Assembly: GCA_047602425.1 (NCBI GenBank)
Contig: JASGHG010000001.1
Coordinates: 2,912,001 to 2,976,000, forward strand
Direction of reading: 5' to 3'
Source: Nibricoccus sp.
GTDB lineage: Bacteria; Verrucomicrobiota; Verrucomicrobiia; Opitutales; Opitutaceae
DNA: 64,000 nt
Positions 9,919-19,201 of the stretch are shown here, piece after piece. Numbering within the stretch: position 1 is the stretch's first letter; each line of letters starts with the position of its first letter. A program made the translations under genes and the position numbers. The notes below the pieces were generated by a model. It saw nothing but the letters and a program-made list of their open reading frames with translations. It searched no databases and was not told where the DNA came from.

Positions 9919-10079
9919 GCGACAAGAAAGGCGTGTGGCTGTGAAAGACAAACGCCCGATCGCGGTTCGAGGCCGGACGGGGTCCCAAACAACTCACTAT
10001 CAACAGCGCGATGTAAAGGGATTGCGAAAGCTTGCTTCCTGATCCCCCGGATTCTGACGGCGCGAAAGCGCTGCGGCAG

Positions 10080-10811
10080 TCAAAGGCCGAGCAGGCTGCC
10101 ATTCTGTTTGATCCAACGTTCGGCGTCGCGCCAGGCGGGACAAACTTCCTCCACGCGAGCCCAGAAGCGGTCGGAGTGGTTCATTTCCCGCAGGTGCATG
10201 AGCTCATGATAGATGATGTAGTCACGAACTGAATACGGCGTTTGCACCAGGCGCCAGTTGAGCGAAATCACGCCGCCCGAGGAACAGGAACCCCAGCGCG
10301 AACGCTGGTTGCGCACGGAGACTTCCTTCACTTCGACGCCGGTTTCGGCCGCGAGCTCCCAAGTGCGGCCGGGAAGCTCGATTTTGGCCACGCGCAGGAA
10401 ATGGGCTTCGAGGGTGGGGCGCAGGTCGCCTTGAAGCTGCGAAACGCGGAAAACATCGGCCGCGAGACAGACGCGAGGCTTGTCGCCTTCGATGGCGGCG
10501 CGAACCTCAACCATTTCTCCCCGCCAGAGCACGTGGGTGCCAAGCGTCCAGACGGTCGCGCCGCGAGGGCGAAGTTTTTGGCGTTCGCGCGTGCGCTCGA
10601 GCCAGTCGCGATGTTGGTCGACGAAAGCGCGGGCTTCGCGTTCGTTGCCGCGAGCGGGGATGGTGGCGACGGCGACGCCATCGCGACGAAGCGTGAGGCG
10701 ATAACGATCCGCGCGGAGGCTCCGCTGAAAAACAATGTCTGGCGGGCCCTTGTGCACGCCGGATTCCGGCGTGAAGGTGTCGAACAGGCTTTGCTGGATT
10801 TCGTCGCTCAC
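10080..10811 (-). CDS. YgjP/DUF45 family zinc metallohydrolase
   Basis: RNQRSRWGSCS, ISLNWRL, DYIIYHELMHL..MNHS.RFW. Confidence 0.88.
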   Translation of the reverse strand: MSDEIQQSLFDTFTPESGVHKGPPDIVFQRSLRADRYRLTLRRDGVAVATIPARGNEREARAFVDQHRDWLERTRERQKLRPRGATVWTLGTHVLWRGEMVEVRAAIEGDKPRVCLAADVFRVSQLQGDLRPTLEAHFLRVAKIELPGRTWELAAETGVEVKEVSVRNQRSRWGSCSSGGVISLNWRLVQTPYSVRDYIIYHELMHLREMNHSDRFWARVEEVCPAWRDAERWIKQNGSLLGL

Positions 10812-10864
10812 TGGTCGATGAGTGAACCCATCGCAGGCGTCGACGCCAGCAGTTTGTAGAGGAG

Positions 10865-11566
10865 TTAGTCTTGAAGTCCCGCAAACCAGCGTCCGATGCG
10901 CGGCATGAGGTGGCGCTCGGTGTCGAAGGAGAGCACGACATTGTTGGCGCGGCCGATGATTTTTTCGCGCGGGACGGTGCCAAAATAGCGGGAGTCGAAA
11001 CTGTTGTCGCGATTGTCGCCCATCATGAAGTAGTGGCCGGCTGGCACGGTGGTTTCGGGGAAATCTCGCATGGACGGCTGTCCGGCGAGCTGCATCAGCG
11101 AATGACTCACCGTTCCAAGTTTTTCAGTGGTGACACGCGCGTTTTGTTTTTCGAGTGGCGTGGCGTAGACGCGCCAATTCTCGGATGCGACACTCCAGGG
11201 AACGACCTGGCCGTTGATCACGAGTTGATTTGCGTGCAGGGCAATGCGATCGCCGGGCAGACCGATCACGCGCTTGACGAGTCGTGTCCCATCGAGAGGG
11301 GAGAAAAACACGGCGACATCGCCGCGTTGTGGGCTGGCCCATTCGGTGAGGTGTACCGTGGTGAACGGAACTTTCAGGTCGTAGGCGAGCTTGTTGATGA
11401 AAACGAGTTCGCCTTCGAGGATGGTGGGCCGCATGGAGCCGGACGGGACCCAATTCCAATCGGCAAAAGACGATTTGACGGGCAATACGATGGCGGCGAC
11501 GACCAGCAGCGGTTTGAGCCATTCTTTCCAGAGGTAACGCGTGGCGGAACGGAGAAGTTTTTTCAT
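10865..11566 (-). CDS. lepB: Signal peptidase I
   Basis: VPSGSM.PT, LVKRVIGLPGD, MGDNRDNSFDSRYFG. Confidence 0.92.
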   Translation of the reverse strand: MKKLLRSATRYLWKEWLKPLLVVAAIVLPVKSSFADWNWVPSGSMRPTILEGELVFINKLAYDLKVPFTTVHLTEWASPQRGDVAVFFSPLDGTRLVKRVIGLPGDRIALHANQLVINGQVVPWSVASENWRVYATPLEKQNARVTTEKLGTVSHSLMQLAGQPSMRDFPETTVPAGHYFMMGDNRDNSFDSRYFGTVPREKIIGRANNVVLSFDTERHLMPRIGRWFAGLQD

Positions 11567-11589
11567 GACGCGATCAACACTGAGAGTGT

Positions 11590-12030
11590 TTACAGCGGCA
11601 CAAGTTCCCACGTGTATTGCTTTGGCTCTTCGTGAAAATGCAACCACCCGAAACTGGGCCCCCAGCCGCGATTGGGGCGGGAGACGCAGCCGGGATTAAG
11701 CCAGCGCACGCCGCCAAGTTGTTCGTCGCGCGGCACGTGGGTATGACCATGCATAATCACATCGCAGTGCAGAGGCGGATGTGGCGGCGGGATGTGCTCA
11801 AGATGAAAATGCACGCCATTGCGCCGAAGATTAAGCGTGAGCGGCCATTCGTCGTTGGTGTCATTATTGCCGAGAACAACCCGGATCGGGCGCCGAAGAA
11901 TCTCCAGCGACGTAATAACACTGGGGTTGCAAACGTCGCCGAGGTGCCAGATCTCGTCGGCTGGCGCCAGATGGTAGAGAAGTTTTTTGGGGAAACTATT
12001 GTGCGTGTCGGCGATGACCGCGATATGCAT
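11590..12030 (-). CDS. Metallophosphoesterase, YfcE/MJ0936 family
   Basis: DTH, HLGD, GNND, GHTH, NPG motifs. Confidence 0.88.
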   Translation of the reverse strand: MHIAVIADTHNSFPKKLLYHLAPADEIWHLGDVCNPSVITSLEILRRPIRVVLGNNDTNDEWPLTLNLRRNGVHFHLEHIPPPHPPLHCDVIMHGHTHVPRDEQLGGVRWLNPGCVSRPNRGWGPSFGWLHFHEEPKQYTWELVPL

Positions 12031-12277
12031 CGCATACTCAAGAAAAGTGCCTTACCGCGGAATCAAGGCAAAACAGAATACAAAAGCGCGAATGCTTTTC
12101 CCTGCTTGCCCATCTCGAACGCCTGCAAGGAGAAAACGACCGCGTTTACTGGTACGCTTTGGCCGGCTCGGCTAAATTTCGTTAGCCGCGACCAGCCCGG
12201 GCCCGATCTTCGCAAACCGCGCCTTGACACCGGTCGCCGGGTCCAGTCATCTCTCAACTCTTTTTCCTTTAACAACC

Positions 12278-12415
12278 ATGCAACCAACATTCCGCCCACA
12301 CCGCCTGAAGCGCGCCCGCAAGATCGGCTTTCGCGCCCGCAAGTCCACCGTCAGCGGCCGCAAAGTGCTCGCCAATCGTCGCCGCAAAGGCCGCAAGCGC
12401 CTGACTGTTGTCTGA
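12278..12415 (+). CDS. rpmH: 50S ribosomal protein L34
   Basis: [22 protein letters not shown]...RRRKGRKRL; first gene of the rnpA-yidD-yidC cluster. Confidence 0.96.
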   Translation: MQPTFRPHRLKRARKIGFRARKSTVSGRKVLANRRRKGRKRLTVV

Positions 12416-12453
12416 TTCCGGCATTCGCTCACGACGGCACTCTTTCCTGCGCC

Positions 12454-12869
12454 ATGCGATTTCGTGCCGAGCAACATTTGCGCCGGCAAAGCGATTTTCG
12501 CAATGCCCGCGAGAAAGGCCGCCGTCTGGACTGTGGCGCGTTCACCCTTTGGTGGTACAAGCGCCCCTCTGATCTAACGGGCGAGCCAGCGTCTGCACTT
12601 GATAACGCAGAGCAGGTTGCGCCCTCGATTCCTGTGCAAGGTCCGCGCGTAGGCGTTATCGCTTCGACGATGCCGCAGTCGGCAAGGCGGTCAAACGCAA
12701 CCGCGCCAAACGCCGCATGCGCGCCATCTTTTGCCAGCATCAAAATCTCGTTCCGGCGGATCATGATTTGCTCATGATCGCTCGCAACGCCCTCAACCGG
12801 CTCGAATACCGCCAGATCGAACAGAAGTTCGTCGACGCGTGCCGCAAAATTTTTCCTCCGGCACCGTGA
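12454..12869 (+). CDS. rnpA: RNase P protein subunit, split by a frameshift near 12667-12672
   Basis: N-part [15 protein letters not shown]...RVGVIAS in one frame; RNR motif [23 protein letters not shown] in the shifted frame ending TGA 12867-12869; synteny. Confidence 0.88.
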
Positions 12870-13282
12870 AATCTGGCGATTCACCCTTTGTCATCCAGAC
12901 CGCAGTGGAAGATCCAACCGGATTCCGCAGGGGGCGACTTTCTGGATTTTCCGCCACGCTTAGAATGGCAACGAGGATGCTCATTCGACTACCCGCGCTG
13001 CCTTTGTTGGCGCTCATTTGGATTTATCAGCGGGGAATTTCTCCTTCCATTCCCGCGCTCTTCGGGCCGACCTGCAGTTGCCGTTATTACCCGACCTGCT
13101 CGCACTACGCCGCCGAGGCGCTGCGCACGCACGGAGTTTTCCTCGGCATCTTTTTTGCGGCGCGACGCCTGTTGCGCTGCACGCCCTTTCACCCGGGCGG
13201 CAACGACCCTGTACCCGAAGCCGGCGTGCTGCGTCGTGTTTGCCAGCGGGTGCGCGACCACCGTCAAGTTTCCTCTGCTTAA
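12866..13282 (+). CDS. yidD: Membrane protein insertion efficiency factor YidD (start GTG 12866 or ATG 12965)
   Basis: [31 protein letters not shown]. Confidence 0.9.
   Translation: MKSGDSPFVIQTAVEDPTGFRRGRLSGFSATLRMATRMLIRLPALPLLALIWIYQRGISPSIPALFGPTCSCRYYPTCSHYAAEALRTHGVFLGIFFAARRLLRCTPFHPGGNDPVPEAGVLRRVCQRVRDHRQVSSA
12889..12970. repeat. Degenerate palindromic (REP/RPE-like) element
   Basis: 28-nt arms 12889-12916 and 12943-12970 match 19/28 as inverted repeats. Confidence 0.55.
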
Positions 13283-13294
13283 ACTCATTTTTTC

Positions 13295-15118
13295 ATGGAT
13301 AAAAAGAACACCATCATCGGCGTCCTGTTGATCGTCGCGGCGATCGCCGCTTTTGTTTTTGGCCCGAAAGCCCCGCAGCGCGCGGTGCCCGCGGCGCCGC
13401 AGCCCGCCGCCACCGCCTCCAGCCCATCCGCTCCCGGCACGGCGGTCCCAGCCATATCGACGGTCGCGCCCTCCAACGCCGCGTTTGCGGCCGTGGTGCA
13501 AGAGAATGGTTCGTCCCAAATCGTCACGCTTTCCAACGACTACATTGAAGTCGCCTTCACCGATCACGGTGGCGCGATTCGTGACGTCGGCCTGAAGAAA
13601 TACCCGGCCGTCAAGGACAAGCCCGAGCTCTACCATATCAACCAATTTCACGCCGATCCAATCCTCGCCTTCACGCAAGATACGTTCCCGGGGCTCGACC
13701 GCACGGTGCGCTACCAAATCGTCTCGCAGACGGCCAACGAAGTGGTTTTCCGCGCGGTCTTTGAAAACCGTATCGAAGTCACGCGACGTTACACCCTCGC
13801 CCCCAGCGACGTGGCCAAGGATAAAGGCGACCCTTACCAGCTCCGTCACGAAACCGTCTTCCGCAACCTGACCGACCAGATGATCGTGCTGCCCAAGGCC
13901 GCACTGAGTCTCGGCACCGCCGCGCTGCTCGACGTGAACGACGTGGGCCAGTATTTGAACGTTGGATACTACACGGGCAAGGATTACGAAACCATCAGTC
14001 AAACGGCGCTGGCTGGCGGTGGCTTCCTCGGCTTTGGCCGCAAGGACCCTCTGCCGTCGATCGAGCGCTCGACACCGGTCGTATGGGCTTCGGTGAAAAA
14101 TCAATTTTTTGCCAGCATCGTGACGCCCGACCAGCCGGCGGTTGGCACCGTGACGCGCCGCGTCGAGTTCGCCCCGTTTCCCGGCAGTTCGCGCGCGAAC
14201 ATCGGTCTTGCCGGTGCCATCCGGTTCGATACGCAGACGCTTTCGCCCGGTACCGAAGTTAAACTCGGCATGGGACTCTACGTTGGCCCGCGCGAATACA
14301 AGCGCCTCTCCAATACTGCAGTGTTCAAGCAGGACCAGGACAAGGCGATGGACTACTCGAGCTTCTTCTTTAATCGCATTTTCCTTTCCGGCTATTTCGC
14401 ACCGTTGATGAACAGCCTGATCAATTGGACCGCTTCCTGGGTGCACAATTGGGGACTCGCCATCATCCTTGGCACGCTGCTGATCAAAATCGCCTCGTTG
14501 CCTTTCACGCTTGCCGCCGCCAAGAGCGCGAAGCGCATGCAGAAACTCCAGCCGCTGATGGCCGCGATCAAGGAGAAGTACAAAGACAATCCCCAGAAGA
14601 TGCAGCAGGCGAATCTCGAACTCTTCCGTGAACACAAGGTCAACCCGCTCGGCAGCTGCCTGCCCGTGTTGATTCCGTTCCCATTCTTCATCGGTTTCTT
14701 CGCCATGCTTTCGAGCGCGCCCGAACTGCGCTTTGCTTCTTTCCTTTGGGTCGATAATCTCGCCGGTCCCGACACCGTCTGGACCATTCCGGGAATAAAT
14801 TTCCCGATTAACATTTTGCCGCTCCTTCTCGGCGTTACGATGATCGTGCAGATGAAGCTCGTGCCGCAGCCGAGCATGGACACCGATCAAGCCAAGATGA
14901 TGGCGAAGATGATGAAGTGGATGCCGCTGATCTATGTGGTGATCTGCTATAATTTCTCCTGCGCCCTCGCGCTCTATTCGACGTTCAATGGTCTCTTTAC
15001 CATCGGCCAGCAGCTCTACATCAACAGCAAGAAAGATCCGGAGCCGGCGGTGGCCGTTGCATCTGCTGGCGGTCGTGGAATGAAGAACGTGACACCGACA
15101 AAAAAGAACCGTAAGTAA
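13295..15118 (+). CDS. yidC: Membrane protein insertase YidC
   Basis: LYVGP, NWGLAII, MQKLQP, KVNPLGSCLP, FLWVDNL..PD. Confidence 0.96.
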   Translation: MDKKNTIIGVLLIVAAIAAFVFGPKAPQRAVPAAPQPAATASSPSAPGTAVPAISTVAPSNAAFAAVVQENGSSQIVTLSNDYIEVAFTDHGGAIRDVGLKKYPAVKDKPELYHINQFHADPILAFTQDTFPGLDRTVRYQIVSQTANEVVFRAVFENRIEVTRRYTLAPSDVAKDKGDPYQLRHETVFRNLTDQMIVLPKAALSLGTAALLDVNDVGQYLNVGYYTGKDYETISQTALAGGGFLGFGRKDPLPSIERSTPVVWASVKNQFFASIVTPDQPAVGTVTRRVEFAPFPGSSRANIGLAGAIRFDTQTLSPGTEVKLGMGLYVGPREYKRLSNTAVFKQDQDKAMDYSSFFFNRIFLSGYFAPLMNSLINWTASWVHNWGLAIILGTLLIKIASLPFTLAAAKSAKRMQKLQPLMAAIKEKYKDNPQKMQQANLELFREHKVNPLGSCLPVLIPFPFFIGFFAMLSSAPELRFASFLWVDNLAGPDTVWTIPGINFPINILPLLLGVTMIVQMKLVPQPSMDTDQAKMMAKMMKWMPLIYVVICYNFSCALALYSTFNGLFTIGQQLYINSKKDPEPAVAVASAGGRGMKNVTPTKKNRK

Positions 15119-15202
15119 TCGATCGTTTTGTTGGCCCCCTGCGAGCGACGCATTTCCGTCGCTCGCGACCTCAACTTAAAGCTTCTTACTTAAACTCGCC
15201 CC

Positions 15203-15955
15203 ATGGCCGGCCATAATAAGTGGTCCAAAGTCAAACGCCTGAAAGCCGTCACCGACGCCCGCAAGGGCAAGGTGTTTTCCCGTATCTCCCGTGACATTAC
15301 ACTCGCAGCCAAGTCCGGCGGCGGCGATCCCGACGGCAACGCGCGTCTGCGCACACTGCTGCTCAAAGCTCGCGAGGCCAACATGCCCGTCGACAACGTC
15401 GACCGGGCGATCAAAAAAGGCACGGGCGAACTGCCCGGCGTAGTCATTGAGGAAATCACTTACGAAGGTTACGGGCCCGGCGGCGTCGGCCTGATCGTGA
15501 AAGTCACGACCGACAACAAACAGCGCGCGGCCCAGGAAGTGCGTTCGATCTTTGCCCGTTGGGGTGGCAACCTCGCCAGCACCGGCGCGGTGTCATTCCA
15601 GTTTCTCCATGCTGGTCAATTCCTTATCGCCAAGGAAAAGACAACCGAGGACAAGCTGATGGAAATTGCGCTCGAAGCCGGCGCCGACGATGTGGTGACG
15701 ACCGACGAGGGGTATGAAGTCCGCTGCGACGTGCATGCCTTCGACAAGGTCAGCCACGCGCTCGATACCGCGGGCATCAAAGCCGAATCAGCTGAAATCG
15801 CCTACATACCCAAGGTGACCGTGCCGGTCGCGGACGTCGCTGTGGCCAAAACACTGGTGAAATTGCACGACGCGCTCGACGAGCAGGACGACGTGCAGGC
15901 CGTTTTCTCGAACGAGGAGATGGACGAAGCCACCAGCGCAGCGGCGCACGGATGA
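15203..15955 (+). CDS. yebC: YebC/PmpR family protein (canonical)
   Basis: MAGHNKWSK, ANMP.DN..RAIKKG, YEGYGPGG, TDN..R, DDVQAVFSN. Confidence 0.93.
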   Translation: MAGHNKWSKVKRLKAVTDARKGKVFSRISRDITLAAKSGGGDPDGNARLRTLLLKAREANMPVDNVDRAIKKGTGELPGVVIEEITYEGYGPGGVGLIVKVTTDNKQRAAQEVRSIFARWGGNLASTGAVSFQFLHAGQFLIAKEKTTEDKLMEIALEAGADDVVTTDEGYEVRCDVHAFDKVSHALDTAGIKAESAEIAYIPKVTVPVADVAVAKTLVKLHDALDEQDDVQAVFSNEEMDEATSAAAHG

Positions 15956-16030
15956 TCGTCAGAGGCGATTTTTGGCCCGATTGCGCGAGTCGAAGCGAAC
16001 CAATTGATAAGGACTACGCCCGGCGTGGGG

Positions 16031-16486
16031 TTAATCCCCAACCGCTTGATCGACCATGCTGTCGCCTTTTGCCTTCTTGAAGGAAAGGTTGAGTTTCGTG
16101 GCGATGGTTTTTTCGAGATAGCCGATTTGGCGTTGAGCGAGGCGCTTGAACTTGTCCTCAGGGACTTCCTTGTCCGAGGTGAAGTTGGCGTAGAACTTGA
16201 CGTCCGCGGCCGTCGCTACGGCGTACACTTTGATCGTGATTTTGCTCTGGACGGTGGTTGCGGTGGTGACGTTGCGTTCCCAACCGAGGTTTTCCCACTG
16301 CTCCTCCACGAGGGCTTTGCTGACCGCGACAGAAACCTTGCTCTGGTCCATGCCGGCAGGCATCGCCAGAATCGCGATCGGATCGCCGGGCGGCGGCGTG
16401 AAGGCCGGCGAAAGTTCCTGGCCGCGCAGCACGGGAAGCGCACAGAGAGTTGAAACGAGGAATAGCAGGGGCAGTAATTTTTTCAT
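16031..16486 (-). CDS. Hypothetical exported protein
   Basis: MKKLLPLLFLVSTLCALP signal peptide; protein-like composition. Confidence 0.7.
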   Translation of the reverse strand: MKKLLPLLFLVSTLCALPVLRGQELSPAFTPPPGDPIAILAMPAGMDQSKVSVAVSKALVEEQWENLGWERNVTTATTVQSKITIKVYAVATAADVKFYANFTSDKEVPEDKFKRLAQRQIGYLEKTIATKLNLSFKKAKGDSMVDQAVGD

Positions 16487-16692
16487 GAGCGAATCAATGC
16501 GCGAAGTAATGGGCTGGACAGGCAAAGCCACGGTCATCCGAGGCCGTGAGGGTGATGCGCGCCGCTAGCCGGAGTTGTGTTGGCACGAAATTACAGCCCA
16601 CGGGCCGTGGGAGACAATAAGAATTCACTGCGTTTCACTTCCAAGCAGATTTTTGGCGACGCTCGAAAATTTGGCGCAATCCGTTGTATCAG

Positions 16693-18234
16693 CTAATTTA
16701 TGGATTGCAGGCTGGCTTGCAGATCGTCGCTCAAACAGGCGCGCAGCCCTTGGGGTTGACGCGGATGCGGTTGATAGAGGGCGCGCTGGGCTCCGAGCTG
16801 CTTTTTGTTCGAGGTGAAATAGCGTGCGGCCTGCACGAAGCGTGGCGCGTGCTTTGCGACATGCCAGAGACTCCAGCGATGTTCCCAGAGGCGTTTGGCG
16901 AAACGATTCCGATACGGCCAGCTGTCATAGAAACGACGCACGTGTTGGTTATAAAGGAGGTCCATTTCTTCGCGTGAGGCGAAGTCTTTGGGGCGATAGA
17001 CAAAATTCAGGCAATTCATCAGGCGCCAGTCTTCCTGCATTTCGCCGGTTTGGTTGCTGGCGCATTCGTCCCAAATGGGCGCGCCATAGAGCGGACTGAA
17101 CTTGGTCATGTTCATGTCGTCCAAGTCGAGCGAGAGGATGAAATCGCTGGTGGTTTTAATCGTTTCGGGTGTTTCCCCGGGCAGGCCGAAGATGAAAAGT
17201 CCCTTGGCGCGCAGGCCGGCGGCGTGGATTTGGTGGACGGTGTCGCGCACGGCGTCGAGAGTGACGCCGGCTTTGTGACGACGCATCATTTCGGAGTCCG
17301 CGGACTCGATGCCGAGTGAGACCATGAGGGCGCCCGCGCGTTTGAGCAGTTTCAACAAATCGCCGGACGTGTGCCCGGCGCGAATGGCGCAATTGAAATT
17401 CATGCTGAGCGGCTCGCGGATGAGTTTTTCGCACAGCGCGGTCACACGTTTCACGTTGGCCGTGAAAAGATCGTCGTAGAAATTGATGTGCCGCACACCG
17501 AAATGGTCGCGCAAATGCCGCATGTGCGCGTGGATATATTCGGGGGAATTGCTGCGGTGGATGCGTTCGAAAACCGTGCGATCGCAAAACGAGCACGTAT
17601 ACGGACAACCCCGTGAGGTGATCATGGTCGCGCCCCGCCGCTTGATGTAAGAAAAAAGCGGCAGGTGATAGCCCTGCGGGAAGCCGGGAAGCTTTTCGTA
17701 GGCGGGAAAAGGGAGTGTATCGAGATCGAGAATACGCTGTCGCCGCGGATTGGATACAACGTGGCCGTTGTCGCGCCAGACGAGATTGGCAATTTCGCGA
17801 AGCGGTCTGCTATCGGCGAGGTCGAGCATTGGGCCTTCGCCTTCGCCGATGCAGAGATAGTCGATTTCGGGAAAGAGTTTTAACAGCGGGGCGCCGATTG
17901 AAGACGCGTGGACGTTGCCGACGACGATCTGGACTTCGGGACGCTCGCGCTTGATCGCGGCCGCGAGGTCAACGCCTTCGAGAAAAGCGCAGGTGGTGGC
18001 GGAAATGCCGACGAGATCGGGTTTCGTTGCGAGGATGGCGGCGGCGTTGGCCTCAATGCCCGTGGGCGCGACCGGCCCGAGGCAATCGTGCACGGCGGTG
18101 GCGTGACCATGTTTTTCCAACCAAGCGGCAAGGGCAAGAATGCCGACGGGCGCCATGCGATTGGCGAGCACGGTGAGATCGAGCTGTCCGGGGACGAAAT
18201 TGAAGCCGGAGGGATGGACGAGCGTGATTCGCAT
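16693..18234 (-). CDS. Cobalamin-binding radical SAM protein (class B type)
   Basis: N-terminal B12-binding-like domain (PDLVGIS, GEGE), TSRGCPYTCSFC, GIES, FIFGLPGET. Confidence 0.9.
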   Translation of the reverse strand: MRITLVHPSGFNFVPGQLDLTVLANRMAPVGILALAAWLEKHGHATAVHDCLGPVAPTGIEANAAAILATKPDLVGISATTCAFLEGVDLAAAIKRERPEVQIVVGNVHASSIGAPLLKLFPEIDYLCIGEGEGPMLDLADSRPLREIANLVWRDNGHVVSNPRRQRILDLDTLPFPAYEKLPGFPQGYHLPLFSYIKRRGATMITSRGCPYTCSFCDRTVFERIHRSNSPEYIHAHMRHLRDHFGVRHINFYDDLFTANVKRVTALCEKLIREPLSMNFNCAIRAGHTSGDLLKLLKRAGALMVSLGIESADSEMMRRHKAGVTLDAVRDTVHQIHAAGLRAKGLFIFGLPGETPETIKTTSDFILSLDLDDMNMTKFSPLYGAPIWDECASNQTGEMQEDWRLMNCLNFVYRPKDFASREEMDLLYNQHVRRFYDSWPYRNRFAKRLWEHRWSLWHVAKHAPRFVQAARYFTSNKKQLGAQRALYQPHPRQPQGLRACLSDDLQASLQSIN

Positions 18235-18293
18235 GGCGAAGCGGAACCTTTGCATGAAAGGTCACGGCGTGAGTTGGCTCAACTTTGGAAAAT

Positions 18294-18323
18294 AAAAAAA
18301 CCGGCGTTTTGAGGCGCCGGTTT
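18294..18323 (-). terminator. Intrinsic terminator
   Basis: A7 then AAACCGGCG/CGCCGGTTT stem on plus. Confidence 0.7.
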
Positions 18324-18348
18324 GCGAAATTAGAAAGTTGTCTGCGAC

Positions 18349-18945
18349 TCAGTAGAGACCGCGCCCTTTTGCCAGGACGCCGTCTTGGAAAACGAGAAGA
18401 TGTGTCCCGAAGCGATTGTTCCAATAGGTCCAAGAATCGATTTCGAGCGAAGGCGTTTTATGGCCGGGAGGATAGCCGCGCGTCATGATGACTTGTTCCT
18501 TGGTCATGCCGAGCGTGAGGATGCCGTTGCGAATGTTTTTGGCGACTTTCTCGTCGAATTTTTCAATCGGCACAGGAGTGCGCGTGAGCATGTTTTTGGC
18601 AATTTCCGCCATCTCGCGCTGACTGTACTTTTGCACATTTTCGATCGTCAGCACCTGGCCGGACTTCTCGATTTTGATCTGCATGGAATGCGAACCGAGC
18701 GAGTTCAAGGTGACCTTGGAGTTGATCGGCACGAAGATGCTCGAATCGGTCCAATAATTGGTGGTTTCCCATTCTTTGCCTGCTTCATAGCGAAGGCAGT
18801 GTCGCATGTAATATTGTTCGCCCACGACGGGAGCGGCTTCTTTTTCAATGGATTCAAAATACCCGATGGATTTGGTGTCGGCGTGGAGACTTGAGAGCGC
18901 GGAGACGAAGGCTGCAAAAGCCAGGAGGTGTTTGATCGTTTTCAT
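18349..18945 (-). CDS. Hypothetical exported protein with C-terminal BamE/SmpA-like motif
   Basis: Signal peptide; LGMTKEQVIMTRGYP...SWTYW...LVFQDGVL. Confidence 0.72.
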   Translation of the reverse strand: MKTIKHLLAFAAFVSALSSLHADTKSIGYFESIEKEAAPVVGEQYYMRHCLRYEAGKEWETTNYWTDSSIFVPINSKVTLNSLGSHSMQIKIEKSGQVLTIENVQKYSQREMAEIAKNMLTRTPVPIEKFDEKVAKNIRNGILTLGMTKEQVIMTRGYPPGHKTPSLEIDSWTYWNNRFGTHLLVFQDGVLAKGRGLY

Positions 18946-19201
18946 AGAGAAGGAGTAAAAGACAGCTGGAATGGAAGTGGTTCCCGACGTTGCGGTTTTG
19001 AGGCAGCTGATGACGAACAAGCGGAAAATGGATCAGCATCGAAAAACCGGCAACGGGGAATGATATTTTCTGCGCATTTGGGAACGTTTTGCAGGAATAG
19101 GTTCGCGGGGCGTGTTGGCTGGGGCAGACCGGCCGGGCGGGCTGACGTTGGTTTTGGAATTGCTCGCCTTGTGGTTCCCGCTTCTCGATGTTGCCTGCCA
19201 C

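Noticed and set aside
8125..10209. 694-aa plus-strand ORF and other long antisense ORFs (12989-14890, 27086-28453, 32060-33292, 56443-58107)
   Set aside because: Largely overlap well-supported genes on the opposite strand; typical high-GC shadow frames without motifs.
12040..12277. oriC/dnaA next to rpmH
   Set aside because: The upstream gene is a metallophosphoesterase and no cluster of TTATCCACA boxes is visible.
11617..12777. 386-aa ORF
   Set aside because: Chimera of antisense phosphoesterase sequence, off-frame rpmH and the N-terminal half of rnpA.
15141..15166. GC hairpin between yidC and yebC as a terminator
   Set aside because: 10-bp stem but no U-tract; more likely a stability or processing hairpin.
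19020..19200. SAM-I riboswitch upstream of metX (CCGGCAAC)
   Set aside because: Only this short motif matches; AUC..GAG, GAGGGA and GUGC core elements are absent.
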